From: Callorhinchus milii
Lineage: Eukaryota
Direction: 5' to 3'
Assembly: GCF_018977255.1 (NCBI RefSeq)
Contig: NW_024704743.1
Location: 105,402,001 to 105,466,000, forward strand
DNA length: 64,000 bases
Positions 13,751 through 27,374 of the stretch are shown piece by piece. Numbering within the stretch: the stretch's first letter is position 1; each line of letters begins with the position of its first letter. Below the pieces are notes generated by a model that was given only the letters and a program-made list of their open reading frames with translations, did not search any database and was not told the DNA's origin. Position numbers and translations under genes: made by a program.

Positions 13751-14135
13751 TTGGGGGTCAGCCAAGTGTCTGACACATACAAAACCATCACCAACCTTCC
13801 CATAGTTTGTCCAGATAAGACCACCCTACCTGTAAGGGCTTTGATTTGCTGGAATAACAGGAGTTGAGTGGGAAGGATCCCACTGCCCAGTCTGCTCCTC
13901 CAAGTACTGCAGATGGTCTGTCATCAGCAGTGCAATGGAGAACTGCGGATATACTGGCTCAGCAAATAGACGGCCGCCACAGAGGTTTGACTGAATTCCA
14001 CCTTTCCATCGTCAAATATGTGACCTCAAAGCCAGTTTAACTCTGAGAAACCACCTCTCCCAGCCACCACCACCCCGGATAGATAAATTCCATTAAATAG
14101 CAGTTGGATGAATATCCTCTCAAGCATGGGATTGA
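13751..14135 (-). repeat. Old unclassified interspersed repeat (family B)
   Basis: Homologous to 9200-9480; its end matches the tail of family A (50265-50312). Confidence 0.55.
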
Positions 14136-15082
14136 GTGTTATAAGGTCAAGGACAGACTTGTGAAGATACTTTGCAGGTTATGTGGATAAAGTTAGACAG
14201 AGATGATTAGATATTCTATTGGCTACAATGATAGAAAAAGATGATCAGATACTCTGCCAGTTATAAAGGTAGACAGAGATGATCAAATATTGCATCTGCT
14301 GTGTCAATTTTTCAATAAAAAGATCGTACTTGGAACTACAGTCTTCATTTGATGTGATAAATATATGTATCACACCTGTCAACTCTTAATCCTTTTTTTC
14401 ATAGCATATCTCTTAAAGGATAATCTTTAACATCTGTCTACTCTAACATAGCTGAGTTGTCTTTATATTCTACTTGTTGCTGGCTGCAATTTCCTTTTCT
14501 ACTTCCTCTAGTACTTTTAGTTGCCCTTGGCTGTCTTTTATATGACTCCCAATACCCAGTGACATCTGCTTCTTTGTATCTTTTACAATATTTCTGCTCT
14601 GCCTTTTGGCAAATGTTCACATCTTTTGTCTGTGTTGTCGTAGGCTGAGCCAGTGATTTGTACAACAGATTATGAGAATTCTCAATAGACAATTTAAGAC
14701 ATAAAGAAAGGCACTTCAGTCTCTTTATCTGTAAAATCAGTACAGAACAAGTTCAAAAATATATTTGCATGAGAATAAAAAAATCAGGCCATCTGATATG
14801 CTGCTGACATATTGTTAAGGTCTTAAATTTGTCTTCATTTGTATTTGGATAGAATCTATTCACTACTCATGCATAAAATTACACTCCTTCATTCTTTCTG
14901 ATATCTGTTCCCTTTATGACTTTAATTTTTTTCAGTTATGAACTGAAATGTCACCAGGCAATTTACTTTTGGATATGGAGAATTTATAATGCTCAAGAGG
15001 TGTTATAGCTGCAGTTCAGACGGAAATTAAACATGCTTTAGAACAATCGTTGTATATGCGCAACATTCTGACAATTTCAATA

Positions 15083-17147
15083 ATAACAACAACAAGATTC
15101 CATTTATTGAGCGCCTTTCACGTTGGGAGGACGTCCCAAGGCGCTGTACAGTTGGGTCAGGACCCGAGCAGGGGGGGAAATGGTCAGGGTGAGGGGAGGG
15201 AAGGAGGGAGCGAGGAGGGGGTAGAGAGTCGAGAGGGGAGCTGAAGACACGGTCAAAGAGAAAGGTCTTGAGACCGATCTTGAAGGAGGAAAGGGAGGAG
15301 GCAAGGCGAAGGCACTGGAGGATGGAGTTCCAGAGCCTAGGGGCTGAGAGGCTGAAGGCCCGGCCATCGATGGTCGGACGGTTGGGCCTTGAGGTGATAA
15401 AGGCTTGGACCAGAGTTTCAGCAGCGTGAGGGGTGGGGTAGTGCCGTAGTCTGTTGATGTTTTGGAGGTGATGGAAGGCGGTACCAGTTGTGGCGTGGAT
15501 ATGAGGGAGAAAGGACAGCTCAGGGTCGAACAGAACACCGAGGTTCCTGACTGGCTTTGAGAGGTGGAGAGTGCAGCCTTGGATGCTGATGCTGTCAGCG
15601 CCTGAGGTGCGGAGGCACTGACGTGAGCCAATCAGGAGGGCCTCAGTTTTACGCACGTTGAGCTGAAGAAAGTTGTCTCTCGTCCAGGACTCGATGTCGG
15701 ACAGGCAGGCTGTCAGGACATCGGTGGTCGTGGAGTTGAAGGTAGAGGAGGAAAGGTAGAGTTGGGTGTCATCCGCATACATGTGGAAGTTAACCCCATG
15801 TCTGCAGATGATGTCACCAAGGGGGAGCATGTAGAGGGTGAAGAGGAGGGGACCGAGGACAGAGCCCTGAGGGACACCGCACAAGACAGTGCGGGGGCTG
15901 GAGGAAAAACCATTCGTGGAAACAAAGTGAAGACAGTGGGAGAGGTATGACCTAAACTACTCAAGGACAGGGCCTTGAAGGTTGAGGTGGGAAGACAAGC
16001 GGTGGAGGAGGATAGCGTGGTCGACCATATCGAATGCTGTCAATAGGTCGAGGAGGACGAGGAGGCAGAGGGAGCCCTGGTCACAGATGGTCAGGATGTC
16101 ATTGGTGACCTTGACCAGGGCAGTTTCTGTGCTATGGGCAGCACGGAAACCCGACTGAAGGGGTTTGAATAATGAATGGGTGGAAAGGAAAGAGCGCAGT
16201 TGGGAGGCGACAACTCGTTCCAGGACCTTGGACAGGAAAGGGAGGTTGGAGATTGGCCGGTAGCTTGATAGCTGCGACGCATCAAGGGAGGGTTTTTTTC
16301 AAGGTGGGAGTGATGGTGGCAGTTTTTAAGGGAATGGGAACAGAGCCAGAGGAGAGGGACAGGTTGACGATGTCTGTGATATGTGGGGCAAGGAGGTGGA
16401 GCTGGGAGATAAGGAGTGGAGTGGGGATGGGGTCAAGGGAGCAGGTGGTGGGTTTCAGGGATAGGATGAGTTTGGTGACAGAGGGTGGGGAAACGGGTAC
16501 GAAAGTGTGTAGGGGAGGATGGGTAGGAGTCGGAGTGTGGGAGGGAGGGTTGGGGGGTGGGTGGATGTTGGAGGGGAAGTGACCGCGGAGCGAATTCCCT
16601 TGATTTTGGATTCAAGGAAATCCAGCATCTCCTCGCAGTGAAGGTTGGAGGAGATGACCTGCGCGGGGTGGCGGGGGGGACGGAGGAGTCGGGATGTGGT
16701 AGAAAACAGTAGCCTGGGGTTGTTCTTCGCCTCCAGGAGTAGAAGGACGACTTGGCCGAGGCTAGAGTGGAGTGGTAGATTTTGAGGAGGTCCAGCCAGA
16801 TTTGTCGGTGGACCGTTAGGCCAGATTTAACGCAGGTGCGTTCAGCGGCCCGCACCTGGCTATTCAGTGAGCGGAGGTGGGTGGTGAACCAGGGGGAGGA
16901 GCGAGAGTAGGAGACAGTACGGGAGGTGATGGGGGCAAGAGTGTCAAGTGTGGAGGAGAGGGTGTTGAGGAGGGTGAGAGGAGAAGAGGGGTCAGTGAGG
17001 ATTGAAGGTCAGAAGGAGAGGAGTTCAGAGGACTCCAAGGCAGCGGTTAGGGATTGTGGGGGTAACTCCTTCCAGGGGCGGTAGAAGATGGTGGTGGGTC
17101 TGGTGGAGGTGGGGCCTGGTGGAGGTGGTGAAGGAGATGAAGTGGTG
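15083..17147 (-). mobile_element. L2 retrotransposon, 5'-truncated ~2.06 kb, young, with ~300-bp internal deletion
   Basis: ORF 15027-15884 has [11 protein letters not shown] and YADD; near-identical to 1-1188 where they overlap; (CAA)n tail on +; possible AATAA TSD. Confidence 0.95.
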
Positions 17148-17831
17148 AATAAGAAAATAATGCTCAACATCACCTTCAAATCCTTCTCTGTTAGATAGGA
17201 ATTTAGCTTATAGTTGCACTTCTATAGATAGTATAATCTGATCTCACTCTTTGTTTTGGTCAGTTGGGTGTTAGACACAGGTGTCAATTGGACTATATGA
17301 ATTCAAAGTTTGGACATGGAGCTTGAATCCAGTCTTCAGAGGCAAGAGTGCTATCAACTGAGGACTGAGGTTGGCTAACACTTTGAGCTGTTTCAACACG
17401 ATAAGGAGGTGTAAAATAATACAAGTTATTTCTTCTTTCTTTCTATGAGGTAAAAAGATCTGATAGGAATCCTGACGCTGATCACTTTCCTGGGACTCCT
17501 GCTACTGTAGAAAGTAGGCATGAATATTGGGCAAAAGCAGGGTTGGTTCAAGGGTGATGCCTGCCATAACTTCTGATGCACACTACCAAGGGATAAACGT
17601 GAATAATGTTCACTTGGAAAGCTGTACTCTGGTAAGAGTTAATGCCTTTAACAGAGCAGAATAAAGGAAAACATAGAAGGGTAACAATATAATTGACAAT
17701 GCCTGCAAAAAAAAATTAACATCCATTTACCATTACCCTCTAACACAGAGAACTTACTAACTCTTGAATGAATTCAGTCTTTCCATTTTGTCAATTACTT
17801 TAACACCTTTGCAAAACCTCTGTGTTTGCCA

Positions 17832-18285
17832 GAAAACTCCAATCAGAGCAATAATTTGGTTTGAGCTCTTGAAAGAGCTGCTTGAAATGACCGCTATTAT
17901 TTGATGGAGATGGATGCTGAGTGTGAGTGGTTCAAATTTAATGATAACAAAAAATAAGTATGTTGAGAAAGATTTAAAGAATAGCTGTATATTCAATTCT
18001 TGTGACACAATTTAGCATTTTAGACTTAATATAGCCTTTTACTTCTTCGTGAATTTATGCTGAGTACAGGAAGCGTAACAATATGAACAAGATGCTGTGT
18101 TCATTCAAGCTTTACCAATTTTTGTAATCAATTTCAGGTCTTGCATTTGCAAGGCCTTTGGAACAATTTACTTGTGAAATCATGGTTTTATGATACATTA
18201 TGCATTATTAATTTTTAGCTGGAATACATATTAGCCTCAATAGCAATTCCTCCTGGAGTTTTTAATTTGAAGGTAAGTTGTTGTA
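17832..18285 (+). pseudogene. S1 remnants, His segment (17832-17958) and Asp/PIC segment (18085-18285)
   Basis: TAII*WRWMLSVSG; GLAFARPLEQFT; YILASIAIPPGVFNLKVSC. Confidence 0.4.
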
Positions 18286-18649
18286 GTCATTATAGAGCTT
18301 CTAGTGAAGCAGAAGAGCAAATAAAGTGACTCACATATTTTGCTTGAAGTTACTTTTCTTGTTTTCTTGCCAGTTACTGTGCTTTAATAGATATATCCAG
18401 TGAAAATAAATAGCCACGTTGTGTTTTTTTAATTAAAATTGTCATATTTTCTATTGTAATGGGAAAGTAATGCGTATAATTTGGGAAGTTTGCTTGCGAT
18501 GGTTGTGAATTTTTGCTCAGTAAATTAATTTTTTAAAAATGCTCACTGCAATGTAGCGAGGCTTAATTGCAGGTCTTTGTGTGCAGTTAATCTGTATGGT
18601 TTGTCTGTGTTCAATACATTCCATTCCCTGTTGCAGAATGGATTGACCT

Positions 18650-18975
18650 CTCAAACCTTACACCCCACTCCTCTCTACCCATCCTCTTTGCTCAGCTGGC
18701 TCCAGCCTTCTACACATCTCTCGTGTCTTTCATTCCACCATCAGCGGCTGTGCTTTCAGCCCCTACACCCTGAAACTCTGGAACTCCCTGCCTCAATCGT
18801 TTTGCCTTGCCCCCTAATTGCCCATCTTCAGATCGCACCTGAAGACCTTTCTTTTTGTTCCAGCCAAGAGTCACTGCCTTTCTCTCCCCGGCTTGGTGTC
18901 AAGCTCCCCCACTGTTAAGCCCTCTGAAACATTGCTCTGTATGAAGGTACCATATACATGCAAGTTGCTGTTGTA
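18650..18975 (+). mobile_element. L2 3' fragment, old
   Basis: GCTTTCAGC..CCTGAAACTCTGGAACTCCCTGCC and TGCAAGTTG tail. Confidence 0.8.
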
Positions 18976-19617
18976 GTACAGCAGGGTTTTTCGCACCAAG
19001 TGAAGTTACTTTGAAGGAGATTGCATTGGGTCAATAAATGAACTATTTGCAAGGAAGTATTTATTTATCCAGAGGGTAATTAATGACTGGGAAAAGTTAC
19101 CAGAAAGGGTGGTTCAGGTCACAACACATGAACTCATTTAGCTGAAGTGTTGGGAGGATGATAGGGTGAGAATTCTGGAAGGATGAGATCAAGGGGGCCA
19201 AAGGGCTTCATTCCAAACTCTTTTGTGATCTTGTGCACTTGGTATATAGTCCAAGACCACTTACTAACTGCCTCAACAGAAATCCCCAGATGCCAATACT
19301 AATGTAATGCAGAGACGTACACCAAGGTTAGACTCCTAGAATTAAGGCAGCCAGCGGTTATCTTTTTTAAATCATATAGATATTTAGTAGCCACATAGAT
19401 ATTCCAGTGCCTTGGAACCTGACGTGAAAAGCACGATACAAATATAAGTAGTTGTTGTTGTTGTAGTACCGTAGTCTATTATTTAGTAGTTTATTGCAAA
19501 TGTGAAATAGTATTGTAAAGACATTTGGTGCTACCCACAAACAGATGAAGCTCACAGAGGCAATCTTAATAATAATAATTCTTGCATTTGTTATAGCGCT
19601 TTTCATGTCTTCTAGAA

Positions 19618-20845
19618 GCCATAGCTTCAGGGCGCAGTGGCTGAAAACATGGCTGCTGATGATGGGGCAGAGGGTCCGGGGGAACAAGGAGGAGGCCAGA
19701 GTCAGTTGAGTGGAGGCAGCGGGTAGTGGTGTAGGGAGAGAACAGGTTGGAGAGAACAGGGGTGCCAGGGTGTGAAGGGATTTAAATACAAGAGTGAGGT
19801 TCTTGAGAATGCGGGAGGCAGAGTTTTGAATTAGTTGAATTTTGTAAATAATGGAGTAGGGGAGACCAGTGAGGAAGGCGTTTGTTTGAATAGTCAAGGC
19901 GGGAGGTGACGAAGACATGGACAAAGGTTTCGGCAGCTTTTGGAATGAGGTACGGACGGAGACAGACAATGTGGTAGAGATGGAGGTGGAGCTGTGGAAC
20001 TCTCTCCCTCAATTCCTTCAGCTTGCCCCTCTCTCACCCCATTTTCAGGTCATGCTTAAAGATGTTCCTCTTCGACCGTGCCTACGATCACCTTCCCCCT
20101 CCAGTTGGCTCCGCATCGGGCTCTGCCAGGGACCGGGTGTGGAGTAGGAAGGATAGCTGGGGATTGAACCTGACCCTAAGTTGCTCACGAGGTTCGGTGA
20201 GTCTTAGGGCAAGATCGGGTAGGGTGAGATGGTCTGCACCACAGAAGAGAAGACGTTGACAAGAGCCAAAGAGTATGTTCCAACATTCAGCTCCAGAAAG
20301 TTTGTGCTCATCCAAGGCTTGATGTTTGTCAGATAAGCTGACAGGACATCAGCAGACTAGGAGTCGCAGCTGGAGGAAGACAAGTAGATTTGTATACATA
20401 CAATACAAAATTACATTTGTAATGTGCCTTTCACGTCGGAAGGAGGTCCCAAGATGCTGGAATTGAAACTTTACCCCATGTCTCTGGAGGACATTGCCGA
20501 GAGGGAGCATGTAGATGAGGAAAAGAAAGGGGCCAAGGATGGAGCCTTGGAGTATCCTACAGGTGACCAGGCGGGTGGGAGAGTGGATAAACCATTTGCT
20601 GAGATGAAGTGCTCGCAGTTGGTTAAGTGGGACTTAAACCATGCGAGTGCTGTCCCACTAAGTTAGCTGAGGGAGGAGAAGCTGTGGAGGAGTATGTTGC
20701 AGTTGATTGTGTCGAATGCAGCAGAAAGGTCCAGGAGGACAATGAGGCAGAGGTAGCCCAGGTCACATAACGAGAGGATGTAATCTGTTACTTTGACGAG
20801 CGCTGTCTCTGTGCTGCAATTTGGGCGAAAACCGGACTGACCATA
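19618..20845 (-). mobile_element. Older L2, rearranged; 3' piece at 19991-20128 is inverted
   Basis: [37 protein letters not shown] in the - strand ORFs. Confidence 0.85.
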
Positions 20846-21126
20846 TGAAGCAAACAATTAGCAAGCATGTAAAGAGACATTATGGTCCATTAACCAACAG
20901 TCTAATCTAGATAATGGACCATGCATGGCTACTTGAGGCTTGTGTTGCAAACCAGGGTTCTGTCTCACTACACTTTGCATTCATGATCGAAAGGATAATT
21001 TGTAATTAACAGAATGGACTTGTGATATTTCTTAATGTGATTCATCCATTAGAATCCCACTATTGACCAGTGCTTGGATGTAGATTGCATCAAAGTAGAA
21101 TTCCCATGGGTCAGTGTGACATAGTT

Positions 21127-22235
21127 ACAGAAGGAGACACCAGGAGCAGTCTCCATTTACTCAAATCAAGTTCATAATAGGAAATTCCATTAAGAAATAT
21201 AACAAACTAATGGCTGTTTTGGTATGGTTTATCGAGGATCCCAGATTAGGATGATACAGATCAGATAAGAGCAACCATTTTATAGTATAAGAGGAGAAAA
21301 GGGACTTTATAAAGGATACAATTCAGTCCATATCCGCTAACATTATGGCTGAACTCCATCTTCCCTTGTTCCGAGCCTGATTCGATCTTTATTCCAGAAA
21401 CTAGTCTCTCTTGAGCCAAAGCCAATAGCATGATCCTTGCCATTCTTTTCTTAAGGCCTAGCTTGCATCTTCTCATTTGCAAGGTTGCTTCCTCTTTCTC
21501 TCATTTTCGTTTAGCAGTTTCTTTCTAGGCTCTGCAGCCTATATTATTCCCAGTCCTTTGGTACCGACTGTACCTATTAGAAAAAAGAATTAAGACCTTG
21601 TATCTTATAATATTGAATCATCTCAAAGTACTCCACAATAATTATTAAGTGTAGTGATATTTCTTAATAGATAATGGTGGAACCATTTTGTGCACGCACC
21701 TCTGTTTACCTTGCAGTAAGTAATAACCCAGTTGTCAGTCAATTGGCGGATAGCTTTTCTTAAAAATTCCTTAAAAAAAATTGTGTCAACTCAATCCATG
21801 ACAATTTGTAGGAACCTGCTGTGCGCAATTGGCTGCTATGTTTCGCGCACAAAATATACAATTCGTATTGCAGTGTATACTGTGAAGCAATTTGAGATGT
21901 CTCAAAAACATAATTACAGAAGGAGACACCAGGGGTTCCCATTTACACAAATCAGGTTCATTTTTAAGGAATCACATTAAGAAATATTGCAAACTAATAG
22001 CTCTTTGGATCCTTTATCTGAGGATCCCAGGTTTGGACTTCGAAGATCAGATAAGAGCAATCATTTTACAGTATGAATGGAGAGAAAGGTCTTTATTAAG
22101 GATACAATTCTGCTACCATTGGGGCTGAACTCCATTTTCCCTTGATTCAAGCCTGGTTTGGTCTTTATTCCAGAAGCTGGTCTCTCTTGAGCCAAAGCTA
22201 ATAGCATTATATTTATCATTCCTTGCTGAAGGAAT
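21127..22235. repeat. Diverged ~330-bp direct repeat (about 21127-21455 and 21915-22232)
   Basis: Shared blocks TTACAGAAGGAGACACCAGG, GAGGATCCCAG, GATCAGATAAGAGCAA, GGCTGAACTCCAT, GTCTCTCTTGAGCCAAAGC. Confidence 0.85.
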
Positions 22236-23659
22236 TGCTTGCTTCTTTTCCTGCTGGGATCGATGTATCATATCATATCGCAACTAGGAATAGGACTCAC
22301 TCCAAAGCAAATAACTAGCTGACACTTCCCTCTCCCTAACAAGAATTTAAAGGTTGGCTCAGTTTTAGTCCCTCAAGGAATGTCTTGGAAGATTTTCCTA
22401 ATTCTCTCGTGTGGACTGTAGTGTCTTACACCCTCTTCTTCACGCTTACAACGCTTCGGAGTTAAATTGCCATTGACAAGCATGAGATGCAATATTCAAC
22501 TGCTAGAGCGTTGTCCTTGACTCTTCCTACAGATCTGCTGACATTTAAGTTTTTTTCTTTTTGAGTTAATTCTAGGCTGAAGATATTAAACTTGTCTGAT
22601 ACTCTGCATAGATTAGTTTGAAAGTACATCCTGGCATGGTGAGTAAAACCTGATATTTATCTAAAATCAGAATAAGTTGTATCTTTCACACGGTGATCAG
22701 TCTTATTTGAAGTTTTTTTCATTAGTTTTTCAATATCCAATACTTGGTTGGCATTTTCTAATAACTTGCAATGGTGCCCATATCATATAATTTTGATTCT
22801 GTCAGGAACAGGAAGGGAACCCAGAAAATTTCGGCAGTACTTGCTTATTTATTTTCAAAAATGCTTGTAGTAAATGAAGAAAATAAGGATTGGAGCTACA
22901 ATCTTAGCTCCACGAAATCTGAACCATAGCTAGGTATTGAAGCTAAAGGTCAATGTAATGATATTTTCCCTACCCTTCATTTTATTAAATTGAACCCATT
23001 ACTACCATTCCACTGACCTTTTTTCCTTATTATATCTCAAACAATAAAAAGTCTCCAATGACTTTTAAGGTCAATTCCAGGCTTCAGACTTATGTATGAA
23101 AAGAAAAGCATTCATAACCAATTACATTTACAAAAAAACTTGCTGGCAATTAAATTTTACAATTTGCAAAGCTTTTTTTTGTGCAACTAAAGGATTGTTC
23201 AGGAAATTTGCGGCTCCTTTTAACCATTCCTCTGATTTTCGAAGTCAGTGTCAAGCAATCTTTTAAGGTTATTTATACTTTAAACTTTAAACTTTCTTAA
23301 ACTTCTAAATCAGCACCTTAGGACGTCCTCCCGACGTGAAAGGCGCTGTGCAAATGTAATCTTGTTGCTATTGTTGTTAAACTTTAGTATAGAGCATGAC
23401 AATCTCTTAAATTAGCTTTGTGTCCTGTCTGGTTGAAATGAATCTTAATAAAGTACTAAACCATTTTGATTTAATTTTGAATGTACTCTATGGGAGGAGA
23501 GAATTAGACAATCCAATAAGTATTAGATATATAACCACAGGTGTGGGATTCTGTTCAGTTATTGTAAGAGACTAAAAATATATTCCTTATACTCAGCAGT
23601 ATTGTCACATCAAGGTTCGACAACCAAACTCCCTCCTTGTCGGCCTCCCCAACTCCCCA

Positions 23660-24005
23660 TATCAATCTGTCCACTCCCTTTCTTCAGCAGGCTCTGGCCT
23701 GCTCCATGTCTCCCGCCCAACCCGCCCTACCATCAGTGGCCGGGCTTTCGGTCTCTCTGCCCCCACCCTTTGGAACTCCATCCCATAATCCCTTCGCCTT
23801 GCTCCCTTCCTTGCCTCCTTCAAGGCACGATTCAAGTTCCTTTTTCGACTGTGCCTTCACCTGCCCTCCTACCTCTCTGCCCTCCCTCACCCCAACGCTA
23901 GCCTCCCCATGCTACCCCCATCAGGTCCTGATACTCGACTGTTCAGCACCTTGGGACGTTCTCCCGACATGAAAGACGTTTTACAAATGTAATGTTATTG
24001 TTGCA
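23660..24005 (+). mobile_element. L2 3' fragment
   Basis: CCGCCCTACCATCAGTGGCCGGGC..TTGGAACTCCATCCC..GGGACGTTCTCCCGACATGAAA. Confidence 0.85.
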
Positions 24006-24135
24006 TTAGACCAAATCTAATGTGTATTTGATGCTGTTACCTTACAAAGTAACCTTGACAACTGTGGAGGTTCTATTTGTGATCTGTGCTGCTGAAAACA
24101 AAATGAAAGCACTATTAACTCCTCTTCTTCATCAG

Positions 24136-24354
24136 TTCAAAGATGCTGTTTGTTATTGAAAAATATTAATTCCACTGAACGATTGGGTCCCTTGACCTCT
24201 TTGATAAAATAACCTTTGAGATTTTTGCAACAACTCAACGATAAACGTAAACTCTCTTACGTGGGTTTTGAAGCAGTTGAGTGGAAGGCAACACTTCAAA
24301 ACAGCCTGGGTCTCACGGATAAGTGGGTATTCCAGGATCAGCAAATGTGGGCAG
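24136..24354 (+). pseudogene. S1 remnant, activation/His segment
   Basis: Acceptor TCTTCATCAG; RKLSYVGFEAVEWKATLQNSLGLTDKWVF; donor CAG|GTGAAA. Confidence 0.45.
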
Positions 24355-24973
24355 GTGAAAGATGACAGTGCAAAATTCTACATTGATTAGCGAATAAATA
24401 CTAGGATACATTCAGGATAATTCCACAATTCCAACACATGGCAGGAGAGGAAACCATCACTGATCCTGCCATCCTACAGGGATCACGGACTATCCATTTG
24501 CTGCTGGTAATGGAATGTTCACATTTTGAAGAAAATTCTCCACTTGTTCCTGAGATCTAAGCATCTTTTTGAAAGTATCTAATAATAACTCTACCACACC
24601 CTAAAATATGATTTAGGAACGCGTGGGGTCCAGGTATTTTGAGGAGCTGATTTTGTATAGAAGCACAAAATGGCATGAAAGTTTGAGGAAAAAGCAACAT
24701 CTCTTGTTAAGGTCCCATTACATTGTTAAATTCTCATAAATGTGAACTTGTGCCCATAGAATAATAATCAATGTTTTTCTAACGCACAAAATTTGTTATC
24801 AGTGGTAGCCATGCCTCTTCACTAGAATAATAATTCTTCATATGCCAAACTGTGCAACACTTTGAAGCACTTTGAGGCGATAAAACACTATTATTATTAT
24901 TGTTATTATATCAAATGCAAGGATAATTATTATTTTTATATGATTCTTTGAGCAAAATTATTTCACCCAAAAT

Positions 24974-25027
24974 TCAGTCCTGTGTGCAGATGTTCACCTT
25001 TTAGTGAACACCTGTGCACAGGACTGA
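24974..25027 (+). other. 24-bp hairpin / inverted repeat
   Basis: TCAGTCCTGTGTGCAGATGTTCAC-CTTTTA-GTGAACACCTGTGCACAGGACTGA. Confidence 0.9.
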
Positions 25028-25994
25028 CTGTTATGTAAGGCAAATATTTTTATGGGTTAAAGCAGAAGAAGCTGGAAAAAAATAATATTTTGCTTGAAGG
25101 CACATCTCTGGAACTCCATCGTGGAGCCCCTCTAAATTGCTCCCTCCTGCTTTTAAGGCACATTTGAAAACATACCTCTTTACTTAGCTTTTGCTTCATC
25201 TTTCCTTTCCCTACCTCCCCTAGGTCCTACACCACCATGGGTGCCCATCCAGCACTATGAAGTGCTTTGAGACATACTCCTGACATTAAAGGCACTATAT
25301 AATTGTGAATTGTATTATATTGTATACTCCCTATTGTACTGTCACGCAGTGAGAATCGTTGCAACACCCATTATCCCAATGCTGTATCAAGCCCTTCAGC
25401 AGCATCTTACAACAACATTTGACAACCGTAAATTAACATTGGACTTAAATGAAATGAAATGATAGCATTCTCCGATTAAAAAAACACTCTGATCTTCAGC
25501 TTGCCCAGTAATGAGGGCCAATTTAGATTTTTATGGTGACAACATGAATCTTCAAAGCTCCAAAGAAAGACCAATGGGATTTGAGTAGGATTTTTAAATA
25601 GGTTGCAATATTTTAATCTCCGAATCCCATCATTAATTTTACAATTGTTAGGCCATCATTTGTTTGGTGTTATCTGTTGTTTAGCTTTATGTACAGAGGA
25701 ATATGAAGAAGTATTAGTTGAAATACAAAGTGTTATGGATATATTGGGTTCAGAATGGCTGTATTTCAACCTGAATTTTCAAAGAATATAAATGTAAATT
25801 ATTGCTGGTAGCCCTTTGTTTGTAACACAAACCCATGGAAACTGCACTGCAGCATATTATACTTCTAGCAATTTAGAGTATAGTTCCTGTAGGTTGGCGT
25901 GAATAAATTTAGTTTTCAGTAGGATTCAACAATTTACAAAACTTTAGAAACATTATATTTTTTACCCTTTTATTGTGGCAGTATAAGTCATATG

Positions 25995-26257
25995 GCGGGG
26001 TTCAATTCCCGACAGGGCTAAACCTTGGGCAAGTTTCCTTACTCCACACGCCTGATAATAATCCCTCAAGAAAAAAAACAATAATAAATTGGTCACTTCA
26101 ATCCATGACTGTTTGTGGGACACTGCTGTGCACAATTGGCTGCCGCGTTCGCCCACAAATGTACAGTCAATTCACTTTACAGTGTGTTCTGTGAAGCGTT
26201 TTGGGACGTCTTCAAGACGTGAAAAGTGCTATAACAAATCAAGGATTATTATTATTA
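25995..26257 (+). mobile_element. tRNA-derived SINE, 5'-truncated
   Basis: B box GGTTCAATTCC, family body, L2-type tail. Confidence 0.9.
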
Positions 26258-26544
26258 TGTGCTACAAATGTACATATGCAGATAGGATGCCATTCAATTG
26301 TTACTCCTGGTATAACCATCCTCGTTTTAATTGGTATATATCTTTTGTTACAAGAATGTGTCTATATTTGTGCTTGAGTGGAAAATTATTGCTTGATCTG
26401 TGCTGTTTTGTATTCAAAACCATAAAACGATTAAAATGCAAAACAACTGTGCTTCTTAAATTTGTTTTAATATTTAGAAAGTAACGTCAATTGTGTCTGC
26501 TATCACTTCTTGTTGTTTGTTCTATGCATTCCTTTTTTTATATC

Positions 26545-26840
26545 GTTTTATATGAAGAATCCTTTTTAGTTTAGTGAGGGGAAAACCAACCAACCAATTC
26601 CTGTTCCTGGTCCCTCTAAACGCACCTATTAGTTGTGAGCATGTATGACAGCTGGGTGGGGAGAGGTCAGGTTCGATTGTGACTCCCTCTACGGTGAGTA
26701 CCAAGCACGACGCTCACTACCAAGACTCACACATGAACAATGATTATTTGGGTGAGTACAGAAGAGCAAACAACACCCCTGGAACCGTGCCCCAACAAGA
26801 GGAAGACGGAGCAAGAGCACAGAGGCCAATCGGAGAAAAA
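26545..26840 (+). pseudogene. S1 remnant, PIC..C..GWG segment (best-preserved motif)
   Basis: Single frame MKNPF*FSEGKTNQPIPVPGPSKRTY*L*ACMTAGWGE with canonical spacing and 3 stops; G|GTGAGT donor at 26693; followed by TMIIW..PLEPCPNKRKTE. Confidence 0.65.
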
Positions 26841-26957
26841 ATAGTCGGAAAAATAATTGAATAAAGTAAACATTTATAGAGACGAGGATCATTTTTTAAA
26901 AAAAGGAATTATGTCACCAAAGGCAGCAGGTCGCAGTTGGCCTATAATTAGTGATAT

Positions 26958-27352
26958 ACAACAACTTGCAACATGCCGGATGGAGTCTCCAAGCGCTTAA
27001 CAGTGATGGAGCCCGATATTGAATCATGGGAGGGGGAAGGTGACCGTACACATGGTCGAAGAGAAAGGTCTTCAAGCGCAACCTGAAAATTGGGAGAGAG
27101 GGGTTAAGGTGAAGGGATTGAGGGAGAAAGTTCCACAGCTTTGGAGCTTAGTGGCTAAAAGCACGGCTGCCAATGGTGGGGCGGAGGGTCCGGGGGACAA
27201 GGAGGAAGCCGGAGCCAATCGAGCAGAGGCAGCGGGTAGTGGTGTAGGGAGAGAGCAGGTTCGAGAGATAGGGGTGTGCCAGCACATGAAGGGATTTAAA
27301 TACAAGAGCAAGGACCTTAAAATTGATCCACTCTGTGACAGGGAGCCAGTGG
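26958..27352 (-). mobile_element. L2 3' fragment, older subfamily
   Basis: LHWLPVTEWINFKVLALVFKSLH. Confidence 0.9.
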
Positions 27353-27374
27353 AGTTTGACAATGCGCAAAGTGT

